Assembly: GCA_963704655.1 (NCBI GenBank)
Contig: OY969927.1
Coordinates: 256,001 to 320,000 of the forward strand
DNA: 64,000 nt
Source of the DNA: an uncultured Candidatus Babeliaceae bacterium
Lineage (GTDB): Bacteria > Babelota > Babeliae > Babelales > Babelaceae
Direction of reading: 5' to 3'
The notes under the pieces are model-generated. The model was not told the DNA's origin. It worked only from the letters and a program-made list of their open reading frames with translations, and searched no databases. Shown here piece by piece: positions 1 to 8,200 of this stretch (the stretch's first letter is position 1; each line of letters starts with the position of its first letter). The position numbers and the translations under genes are program-made.

Positions 1-1
1 T

Positions 2-361
2 ACAGGTGCAGCTATTTCAGTTACGGCCGTTTTGCCTGAATTTAAAAATAGACTTGCAGCCAATGCGCTGCGTGTTCCGGTGCCGATAGTTTCCCTTGCA
101 GATGTTACCTTATTACTTGAAAAGCCGGTAACCGTTCACGATGTGAATGGCTGGTTTGCCGATGCGGCACAAAGTTCATTAAAAAATGTACTGTCTGTAA
201 CAAATGTGCCATTGGTTTCAAGTGATTTCCAGGGTAACAGCAGCTCAGTTATTTTTGATGCTACTATGACATTAGTCAGTGGGCCCCTTGTGCGTATATA
301 TGGCTGGTATGATAATGAATGGGGTTATAGCAACCGGATCAATGATTTTTTAAAAAAATAG
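2..361 (+). CDS. gap: Glyceraldehyde-3-phosphate dehydrogenase, C-terminal part (5' truncated by window)
   Basis: Frame open from base 2: TGAA...RVPVPIVSLAD...LVSSDF...WYDNEWGYSNR, all type I GAPDH motifs. Confidence 0.95.
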   Translation, partial: TGAAISVTAVLPEFKNRLAANALRVPVPIVSLADVTLLLEKPVTVHDVNGWFADAAQSSLKNVLSVTNVPLVSSDFQGNSSSVIFDATMTLVSGPLVRIYGWYDNEWGYSNRINDFLKK

Positions 362-376
362 CGATTCGCTTTTGTC

Positions 377-419
377 GTGTCACCCTGAACTTGATTCAGG
401 GTCCACCTGTTAAGTTATA
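377..419 (+). repeat. REP-like palindrome (TGTCA family), left arm of a 43-bp inverted pair with 2037-2079
   Basis: gtgtcaccctgaacttgattcagggtccacctgttaagttata; internal hairpin ccctgaa/ttcaggg; 38/43 match to reverse complement of 2037-2079. Confidence 0.9.
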
Positions 420-432
420 ATCCCCTAATATA

Positions 433-460
433 TTGACTTATTTAAACAAAAGTATAAAAT
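433..460 (+). promoter_or_regulatory. Putative sigma70 promoter for the 521-1980 cassette
   Basis: TTGACT-N16-TAAAAT just inside the left repeat. Confidence 0.5.
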
Positions 461-520
461 CTAGTTAAACATATAAGTTAGAAATTAGTTCCCTGGAATG
501 CAACTAAAAGTAAAAAATAT

Positions 521-1168
521 ATGTTGTTCCCTTGGAAAGGAACCCTAGCACACTGGTATGTGGCAAAAGAAGTTAAAAACAGAGTTTTTAAAAACATTTT
601 GTATGAAAGATTTAATATGGTAAACCATATCTCCGAGGTTGAGAATCAAACGAATAATCTAATTGATAAAGCATTAGATGGCCTTAATTTAGAAGCAAAG
701 TCACTCTTTGTGCTTCTAGATAACATTTCCTCAAATTTCCTTAAAGTTGAAAAAAGCTTAAAAGATTTAAAAGCTAATTTTCCATTTAGAGAGCCAATCA
801 AAAAAAATACCACAAGCCCGAAAATACCAAGAGATGATCATAGATCTTCAAATTTCTTAAATTTGGAATATTATGTGACTGAGCAAGTTCATTATTTAGC
901 ATGGGAAGCGGATGATGAGCCTAAGAATTATCGCTTATTTCTTATTTGTGAAGAAAGTGAGATAGTTGGTTGTACTGGTGTTGGAGAATGTTGTAAATTT
1001 AGTGAGGTTTTTACAAAGAAATGTATCTTTAAAAAAACTCTGGTTGGATCAGATTTACAGACTAAATTAGAATACGCTAAATATTTGACTCAGTTTATTT
1101 ACGCATTTAAAAATTATTTAAAAAATTATCGTACATCGATTGAAGAGAACGACAATCTACCGTTTTAG
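521..1168 (+). CDS. Hypothetical protein with acidic SSB-like C-terminal tail; start uncertain (alternative ATG 617)
   Basis: 215-aa ORF in very AT-rich DNA, ends EENDNLPF; no family recognised. Confidence 0.7.
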   Translation: MLFPWKGTLAHWYVAKEVKNRVFKNILYERFNMVNHISEVENQTNNLIDKALDGLNLEAKSLFVLLDNISSNFLKVEKSLKDLKANFPFREPIKKNTTSPKIPRDDHRSSNFLNLEYYVTEQVHYLAWEADDEPKNYRLFLICEESEIVGCTGVGECCKFSEVFTKKCIFKKTLVGSDLQTKLEYAKYLTQFIYAFKNYLKNYRTSIEENDNLPF

Positions 1169-1263
1169 TAGTTTGTTCTAAAGGTAATTGTTAGTTCTTA
1201 TCTCTGATAAGGACTTTCGGTTTAATTCTCAATTTTTAAATAATTTTTTATAGCGAGATATTG

Positions 1264-1980
1264 ATGCATTCAAAAAATATTTTACCACAAATGAGCTGGA
1301 AAAAAGTGAATCTTTTTCAGCAGTGTCGTCGTTGTTTTTATAAAGAGCATGTATTGCAAATGAAAAGGCCCGGTATTGATGCTGATTCCTTCTCACTAAA
1401 TAATGCAGTTGATGTTCTTTGGAAAAATGAATTTGATGTTTACCGTGCAAAACAAATTGCGCACCCCATTATGCTTGCACATAAGATAAATGCTGTCCCA
1501 TTTAATCATGAGCTTGTATTTATGTGGCGAGATTATAAAGCTGGTGGCATCAGATTCGTCGATCAGGTTAACGGCTTAGAGCTTTATGGAATTATTGATG
1601 ATATTTGGATTAATGAAAGTAAAGAGCTCATTATTGTTGATTATAAGGCAACAGCAAAACATAAGCAGTTTATGACATGGCCAAATAAGAACAAATGGGA
1701 TGATAGCAATAAGCGGCAAATGGCTTTTTATGCAGCTCTTCTTAAAAGAAGTGGGCATAAAATATATAATAAAGGTTATTTTGTTTATAGTACAGCGCTT
1801 AAAGATAAGCCTCTTTTTAATCAAAAACTAGAATTTGAAAGCTGTATCAAAGATTGCCCAATAGATGATTCTTGGATGGATTCTACTATGCGAGATTTAC
1901 GGTATTGCCTAGATCAGCCGACAGCTCCAGAAGCATCAAAAGACTGTGAATTTTGTAAATATGAGCTTAATCAGCATTAA
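1264..1980 (+). CDS. PD-(D/E)XK nuclease family protein (RecB/Cas4-like fold, Cys motifs)
   Basis: SWKKVNLFQQCRRCFY, LYGIIDDIW, IIVDYKAT, RQMAFY, C-terminal CEFC. Confidence 0.85.
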   Translation: MHSKNILPQMSWKKVNLFQQCRRCFYKEHVLQMKRPGIDADSFSLNNAVDVLWKNEFDVYRAKQIAHPIMLAHKINAVPFNHELVFMWRDYKAGGIRFVDQVNGLELYGIIDDIWINESKELIIVDYKATAKHKQFMTWPNKNKWDDSNKRQMAFYAALLKRSGHKIYNKGYFVYSTALKDKPLFNQKLEFESCIKDCPIDDSWMDSTMRDLRYCLDQPTAPEASKDCEFCKYELNQH

Positions 1981-1989
1981 TATAGCTTG

Positions 1990-2034
1990 CCCTTCGATAT
2001 GCCGCTCTCATAGAGCGGCACTCAGGGTGCACGG
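1990..2034 (+). repeat. REP-like palindrome (CCTTCGA...CTCAGG family)
   Basis: cccttcgata-tgccgctct cat agagcggca-ctcagggtgcacgg; same ends as 3456-3498. Confidence 0.8.
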
Positions 2035-2036
2035 AG

Positions 2037-2079
2037 TATAACTTAATAGATGGATCCTGAAACAAGTTCAGGATGACAC
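2037..2079 (-). repeat. REP-like palindrome (TGTCA family), right arm of inverted pair with 377-419
   Basis: tataacttaatagatggatcctgaaacaagttcaggatgacac. Confidence 0.9.
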
Positions 2080-2171
2080 CTTTGCGGCATAATTTCATTT
2101 TTTTTAAAATTGCTAGATGCACGGTTAGACAAGAATAAGAAAATACGGTACTCTATCTCTTAGTGTTGGGA

Positions 2172-2248
2172 GGGCCCATAGCTCAGTCGGTCAGAGCAGT
2201 CGGCTCATAACCGAAAGGTCCCAGGTTCAAGTCCTGGTGGGCCCACCA
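2172..2248 (+). tRNA. tRNA with CAT anticodon, most likely tRNA-Ile2 (lysidine)
   Basis: GGGCCCA/TGGGCCC acceptor stem, TCGG-CTCATAA-CCGA anticodon arm, GGTTCAAGTCC T arm, encoded CCA; body resembles Ile2 rather than Met. Confidence 0.9.
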
Positions 2249-2268
2249 GTAACAAGAAAGATAAATAC

Positions 2269-2973
2269 ATGAGTACAGATCCATTTTACAACTTTCTCGC
2301 GTTAGTCACACAAGATACTCATGCTGTTGCAACTCGCAAAAAAATAGCGCAACTTTCCCAAAAACAAGAAGCACTTAAAAGCACTCTTAAAAAATTGCAA
2401 GATGATCTAGCCGATGCACAAGCACAAGCACATAGTGCAAAAAAAAGTCTTGATGCTCAAGAGCTTGAAATTAAAGTCCTCAAGGATCGCCAACGGTCAT
2501 TAAAAAGTAAATTAGAGGCCTCAAGCTCACCAAAAGAGTATTTTTCATTAGAGACGGAGTTGAAAAATATCGCGTTAGATATCGATGCGCAAGAAAATAA
2601 ACTTTTTGAACTCTTTGAAAATTATGAAACTCTAGAAAAAAATATGGGTGAAGTTGATTTTCAGGTAGTTACTGCACGTGCGCAGATTGTACAAGAAGTT
2701 GCCGATATCGACCAACAGATTAAACAATTACAGCAGCAGGGGCAAGAGTATATTCAGAGCTATGATGAATTAAAATCTCAGGTAAACCCCGAGATGCTTG
2801 AAAAGTTTCTTACTATGAAGCAGTCACTGGAAAACCCTGTGGTGCCGGTTGAAAAGAATGCCTGTTCAGCCTGTGGACATACAATTAACGTGCAAGATCT
2901 GGTGAGTATACGTAAACACAAACTTGTTGCATGTCAAAACTGTTTTAGACTTTTATATACTATTGCACCATGA
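2269..2973 (+). CDS. Coiled-coil protein with C4-type zinc ribbon (CT398/DUF164-like)
   Basis: Long heptad-rich helix then CSAC...LVACQNCFRLLY; usual neighbour of RNase H. Confidence 0.9.
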   Translation: MSTDPFYNFLALVTQDTHAVATRKKIAQLSQKQEALKSTLKKLQDDLADAQAQAHSAKKSLDAQELEIKVLKDRQRSLKSKLEASSSPKEYFSLETELKNIALDIDAQENKLFELFENYETLEKNMGEVDFQVVTARAQIVQEVADIDQQIKQLQQQGQEYIQSYDELKSQVNPEMLEKFLTMKQSLENPVVPVEKNACSACGHTINVQDLVSIRKHKLVACQNCFRLLYTIAP

Positions 2974-3455
2974 CCCAATTATCACTTTTTCAACAAGATA
3001 CTACAACAGAGAAATCTCTTATAACATTGTATATTGACGGGGCATCGCGCGGCAACCCGGGCCCATCATCTGTTGGCTGTGTTATTAAACGTGCAGATGT
3101 GGTTATTGAAGAGCATGGGTACTATTTGGGTAAGAAAACAAATAACCAGGCCGAATACTCTGCATTACTTATCGGGCTACATTTTGTAGCGCAGATTATT
3201 AAGCATCAAGATGAGCTTCTTGTTATTTCAGATTCTGAGCTTTTGGTAAAGCAGCTTAATGGTCACTATCGTGTTAAAGACCCAATTTTACAAAAATTAT
3301 TCGCTCGTGCAAAACATATGCTTAAAGACATTGATCATCGTATCACGCATGTCTTGCGTGCGCATAATAGTCATGCAGATATGCTTGCAAATAAAGCGCT
3401 TGACCAGAAAATTAAGCTTCCAGAAGATTTGGCGCCGTTGGTTCACGATGTATAA
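2970..3455 (+). CDS. rnhA: Ribonuclease HI family protein
   Basis: YIDGASRGNPGPS, TNNQAEYSAL, SDSELLVKQLNG, HVLRAHNSHADMLAN. Confidence 0.95.
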   Translation: MTQLSLFQQDTTTEKSLITLYIDGASRGNPGPSSVGCVIKRADVVIEEHGYYLGKKTNNQAEYSALLIGLHFVAQIIKHQDELLVISDSELLVKQLNGHYRVKDPILQKLFARAKHMLKDIDHRITHVLRAHNSHADMLANKALDQKIKLPEDLAPLVHDV

Positions 3456-4725
3456 TCCTTCGATACAAATTCCTGCGGAATTCACTCAGGATGCACGGTT
3501 TGTGCAGGCCGCTCGTGGTGAGCCCTTCGACAATGCTCAGGATAAACTCCATCGAGTCGTCGCCTGTCCGCCGAAGCCTTGGCGTAGGCTGGAAGTCCAT
3601 GCGGCTCTTAAGCGAATTTCTTTTTACATTATGTTATCGATAACCAGTATATCAGTGTATGGCACATGCCATGTGCGAGTATTGTTAGCTGAAGGCGATG
3701 CAACGGAAACTCACGAGTGGCAATTTGTTACTCAGAAAAAAAGTTTTCTCTGTGCACTTTCTGGTGGCGCATTATTATGCAATGGTAAAAAATTAGATAA
3801 AACTGCTTTGCGCATAAGCTCAACCGATAATCGCTGTAGCTATCTTGATAATGTATACGCTGGCGATATCGCTTTAATTATCTCTGGTGGTCGCTGGTAT
3901 ATTATAAATAATATTGCCCTTGAAGATTATGTATACTCTGTTATTCGTTCAGAAGGGTGGCCCGGCTGGCCACTTGAGGTGAATAAAGTATTTGCTGTTA
4001 TGGTGCGCACGTATGCGGTGCATAAGATGATGCTCACAAAAAATAGTGCGCTCAAGCGCACCAAAAAGCAGCTTTTTGATATTAAAGCAACCAATATTCA
4101 TCAAACATATAAAGGCGTGCATGATTATGAGCATCTGCATCAAGCGGTTAAAGAAACAGAAGGTCTTATACTTTCATATAACAAACAACCGATAGTTGCA
4201 ATGTACGATTCATGTTGTGGCGGTGTTATTCCTGCGCACTTAACGGGTTTTGATTTTAAGTCTAATCCGTATTTAGCTCGTTCATATCCGTGCACCTACT
4301 GTACCGAGTGTAAACTTTATCGATGGAAAGTGGTCTATCCGCAAGATCTTTTAATAAATCTTTTACAAAGTGAGCTTCCAGCACTTAAAAGTATTAAAGA
4401 TATCCGGGTGGTGCATGCAGACAAAGCGGGTAAAGTTATTGAGGTTCACGTAAAATCAGGAAGAGCGCATAAAAAAATTTCAGGCGGCTTGATGTATCGA
4501 CTCTGTAAAGATGTTAAAAGTTTTTGTTATACTATCAAAAAAGAGGGTGACAACTTTCTTTTTGAAGGGAAAGGCTTTGGTCATCATGTCGGTGTATGTC
4601 AGTGGGGTGTTCGGAATATGGTTAAACAAGGCTTTTTGTGCAAAGCGATTCTTGATTATTATTACCCAGGAACTGAGCTTATGAAATTAGTCACTATGCA
4701 TCAGGAGTCTGATATTCATGCCTGA
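3448..4725 (+). CDS. SpoIID/LytB domain protein (peptidoglycan lytic transglycosylase family); start uncertain
   Basis: INNIALEDYVYSV, AVMVRTYA, HQTYKG, YDSCCGG, GKGFGHHVGVCQWG, ILDYYYPGTEL; ATG 3448 overlaps the end of rnhA, alternative ATG 3631. Confidence 0.88.
   Translation: MYNPSIQIPAEFTQDARFVQAARGEPFDNAQDKLHRVVACPPKPWRRLEVHAALKRISFYIMLSITSISVYGTCHVRVLLAEGDATETHEWQFVTQKKSFLCALSGGALLCNGKKLDKTALRISSTDNRCSYLDNVYAGDIALIISGGRWYIINNIALEDYVYSVIRSEGWPGWPLEVNKVFAVMVRTYAVHKMMLTKNSALKRTKKQLFDIKATNIHQTYKGVHDYEHLHQAVKETEGLILSYNKQPIVAMYDSCCGGVIPAHLTGFDFKSNPYLARSYPCTYCTECKLYRWKVVYPQDLLINLLQSELPALKSIKDIRVVHADKAGKVIEVHVKSGRAHKKISGGLMYRLCKDVKSFCYTIKKEGDNFLFEGKGFGHHVGVCQWGVRNMVKQGFLCKAILDYYYPGTELMKLVTMHQESDIHA
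3456..3600. repeat. Stack of nested REP-like palindromes
   Basis: 3456-3498 resembles 1990-2034; ccgctcgtggtgag identical to 51150-51163; cccttcgacaatgctcagga and gcctgtccgcc recur at 46103-46142. Confidence 0.8.
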
Positions 4726-5164
4726 ACATAAAACGCACTTATTTGTTGGTTTTTTAGTGTATGTTGCTGTATTATATCTTGTGCTTTTTTTTGGGCCAAT
4801 TTCATGGGAACGCAAAATTGAGCTGTTGATGTACACGCTTATCGGTGCCCTTTTTCCTGACATTGACACAAAAAGTAAAATTCAGCGTGTTATGTATATC
4901 ATGTTTTTTATTCTTCTGCTTTTATTAGCGTATACCAAGCAGTATATCGCAGCAACGGCTACGGGCATCTTGGCCTGTTTGCCTTTAATGGTGCACCACC
5001 GTGGTATTTTTCATTCGATACTCTTTTTAACTTTCTTGGGCGCAACTGCGGTTTTTTGTACTAAACTTTATTATCCTGCATATACCATTATTATGCTCTA
5101 TAATGTTATCTTTTTTCTTGCCGGTGTCTTTTCACATCTTTTTGCCGACCGTCGTCTTTCTTGA
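4718..5164 (+). CDS. Membrane-bound metal-dependent hydrolase (YdjM-like)
   Basis: KTH, GALFPDID, HRGIFHS, SHLFAD motifs with TM helices. Confidence 0.9.
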   Translation: MPEHKTHLFVGFLVYVAVLYLVLFFGPISWERKIELLMYTLIGALFPDIDTKSKIQRVMYIMFFILLLLLAYTKQYIAATATGILACLPLMVHHRGIFHSILFLTFLGATAVFCTKLYYPAYTIIMLYNVIFFLAGVFSHLFADRRLS

Positions 5165-5229
5165 CGTTATTATTATTTACGTGTTAATAACAACTACAAT
5201 ACCTATTTTAAAAAAGAGAGTTAGTAGTT
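5161..5229 (+). promoter_or_regulatory. Conserved fibre-gene leader, copy 1
   Basis: TTGAC-N16-TGTTAATAACAACTACAATA...A6-GAGAGTTAGTAGTT-ATG; recurs at 10188, 15226, 36981. Confidence 0.8.
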
Positions 5230-8200
5230 ATGAAGCAGTATCTTTATGCAGCAATCGCTGCAGCCATGTTATGTTTAGTATCTGTGAATGCGCACATAAA
5301 CTCCTTAGATAAGGCTTTTGAGGCTCTGCATGGGCTTGAAGATGCTCTTGAAAACAACAATCAAAGTGGTCTATCAAGTGATCTTGTTATTTTAGTGCTG
5401 CATGATCTTGCCTGTTATCTTGAACAGGATAGTGCGCTTTCTATAGATGAACATGCGGCTCTTGCAAAAAGAGTTTATCAGCTTGCAAAAAATCTTAATC
5501 TATTAACGCGTGCGCCCCGTTTTGATGCACCAGTAATACCACAAACAGGTATACTTGAAGAAAACTATTATAGAACTCGTGATCTATATTTGCGTAATCT
5601 TTTAATAACCGGATCGCTTATTTTAAATGGTCAGCAAATTGGCGGTAATGTACCAAGTGGATTGTATGTATTAAAAGCTGGTGACATTATGACCGGTGAT
5701 TTAACTATGGCAAACCAGCAGGGTATTGTCTTTGAGGACCTTACTTATACCGGTTCTGTAATTCTCACTGCACCAGCACTGGTAACAACGTCATATACGC
5801 TTGAGCTGCCAAGTCAACCAGGTGCGGCCGGGACAATTTTAGCAACAGATGGTGGCAACCCTGCTATACTTTCATGGGAATTACCCGTTTCACTTTTTAC
5901 GGCAACGGTTCAACTTTATGGTGATGTTATTGGTTCAACATCTGCTGACACCATTAATACTATTTGTGGTCAACAGGCTTGCGCAATTGTCACTACGGTA
6001 ACCAGTGCATCAAGTGGCAATGTATGTGGTACGCTTGTTAAGCGTGATGCAAATTGTAACTTTTCTGCAAACCTCATTACGGCTACGGCTACCAATGCGC
6101 TTATAACACAAACGGCATTATATGCGCAAAGCGCTGGCTCAGCTAACTTTGCCTTTACCTCTTCAAGTGCGTTATATTCAACAACGGCACAATATGCAAC
6201 AAACGCATTACTTTCGGTAACATCCCAATATGCAGCACAGGCAGGTACAGTAAACTTTGCCTTTACGTCTTCAAGTGCGTTATATTCAACAACAGTGCAA
6301 TATGCAACAAATGCATTACTTTCGGTAACATCACAGTATGCACAACAAGCTAGCTCAGCTAATTTTGCCTTTACGTCTTCAAGTGCGTTATATTCAACAA
6401 CAGTGCAATATGCAACAAATGCATTACTTTCGGTAACATCACAATATGCGCAAAATGCAGGTTCAGTTAACTTTGCCTTTACGTCATCTAGTGCGTTATA
6501 TTCAACAACAGCGCAGTATGCAACAAATGCATTACTTTCAGTAACCTCCCAATACGCACCACAAGCAGGTTCAGTGAACTTTGCCTTTACGTCTTCAAGT
6601 GCTTTATATTCTACAACGGCACAATATGCAACAAACGCATTACTTTCGGTAACGTCACAATATGCAACAAACGCAGGTTCAGTTAACTTTGCCTTTACGT
6701 CATCAAGTGCATTATTTTCAACAACAGCGCAATATGCAACCAATGTATTACTTTCAGTAACAACGCAGTATGCTCAAAATGTAAATTCGGCTAACTTTGT
6801 CTTTACGTCTTCTAGCGCGTTATATTCTACAACGGCCCAATATGTAACCAATGCATTACTTTCAGTAACGTCACAATATGCAGCACAAGCAGGCTCAGCT
6901 AATTTTGCCTTTACCTCATCTAGTGCGTTATATTCTACAACGGCCCAATATGCAACAAATGCATTGTTTTCAGTAACCTCCCAATACGCACCACAAGCAG
7001 GTTCAGTGAACTTTGCCTTTACGTCTTCAAGTGCTTTATATTCAACAACGGCACAATATGCAACAAACGCATTACTTTCGGTAACGTCACAATATGCAAC
7101 AAACGCAGGTTCAGTTAACTTTGCCTTTACGTCATCAAGTGCGTTATTTTCAACAACAGCACAATATGCAACAAATGCATTACTTTCAGTAACGTCACAA
7201 TACGCAACAACCGCAGGTACAGTGAACTTTGCCTTTACCTCATCTAGTGCGTTATATTCTACAACGGCCCAATATGCAACAAATGCATTACTTTCAGTAA
7301 CATCACAATATGTGCCATGTGCTGATTCTGCGAACTTTGCCTTTACCTCATCAAGCGCATTATTTTCAACAACGGCCCAATATGTAACAAATGCATTACT
7401 TTCAGTAACATCACAATATGTGCCATGTGCAGATTCAGCTAACTTTGCGTTTACCTCATCAAGCGCATTATTTTCAACAACGGCCCAATATGCAACAAAT
7501 GCATTACTTTCGGTAACGTCGCAATATGCGCCATGTGCAGATTCAGCAAACTTTGCCTTTACATCTTCTAGCGCGTTATATTCAACAACAGCAGTGTATG
7601 CAACAAATGCGTTACTTTCGGTAACCTCACAATATGCAGCACAAGCAGGCTCAGCTAACTTTGCCTTTACGTCATCAAGTGCGCTCTATTCAACAACGGC
7701 TGTGTATGCAACAAATGCATTACTTTCGGTAACATCAGAGTATTTCACCGGGCAATTATATGGTGATGTTATGGGGACACAAACTGCAACTCAAATTGTC
7801 ACCATCTGCGGCGTGCCTGCATGTAATTTAGTACAGGCATTTTCTATGGTACTTTCAGCAACATCATGTGATAGTCCATTAACTCTTATTTTACGAGATA
7901 CCACAGGTAGCTTTGAAGCCACAACTATAACATTAATGGGTAATAGTCTTATTAACTATAGTGAATATGGAGATTGCGATACGGGCCAAAATTTTATTTT
8001 TGCACCACTTAATTACAATACGATTATCGGTATAAATGCTAATAATAATAGTCCATCTGTAGGTTCAGGAAACACGGTCTATGGATTTAACGCACTTGCA
8101 AATAATAGTATGGCAGATGACAACACCGCAATCGGAGCAGATGCTCTTGCTAATACTATCAGTGGGCAATTGACAGCGGTTGGTTCAGGCGCATTATCCA

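Noticed and set aside
1264-1980. Cas4 of a CRISPR system
   Set aside because: Fold is related, but there is no cas1/cas2 or array; kept as a generic PD-(D/E)XK nuclease.
3259-3447. Longer SpoIID start from the ORF track
   Set aside because: Overlaps rnhA by almost 200 bp; ATG 3448 or later is more plausible.
5970-6743. Antisense ORFs over the fibre genes (also 17662-18189 and many short ones)
   Set aside because: Shadows of repetitive, biased coding sequence on the opposite strand; no independent features.
6133-7752. Ice nucleation protein repeats
   Set aside because: Composition is similar, but the AGYGSTxTA 8/16/48 periodicity is absent; the period here is 3/36.
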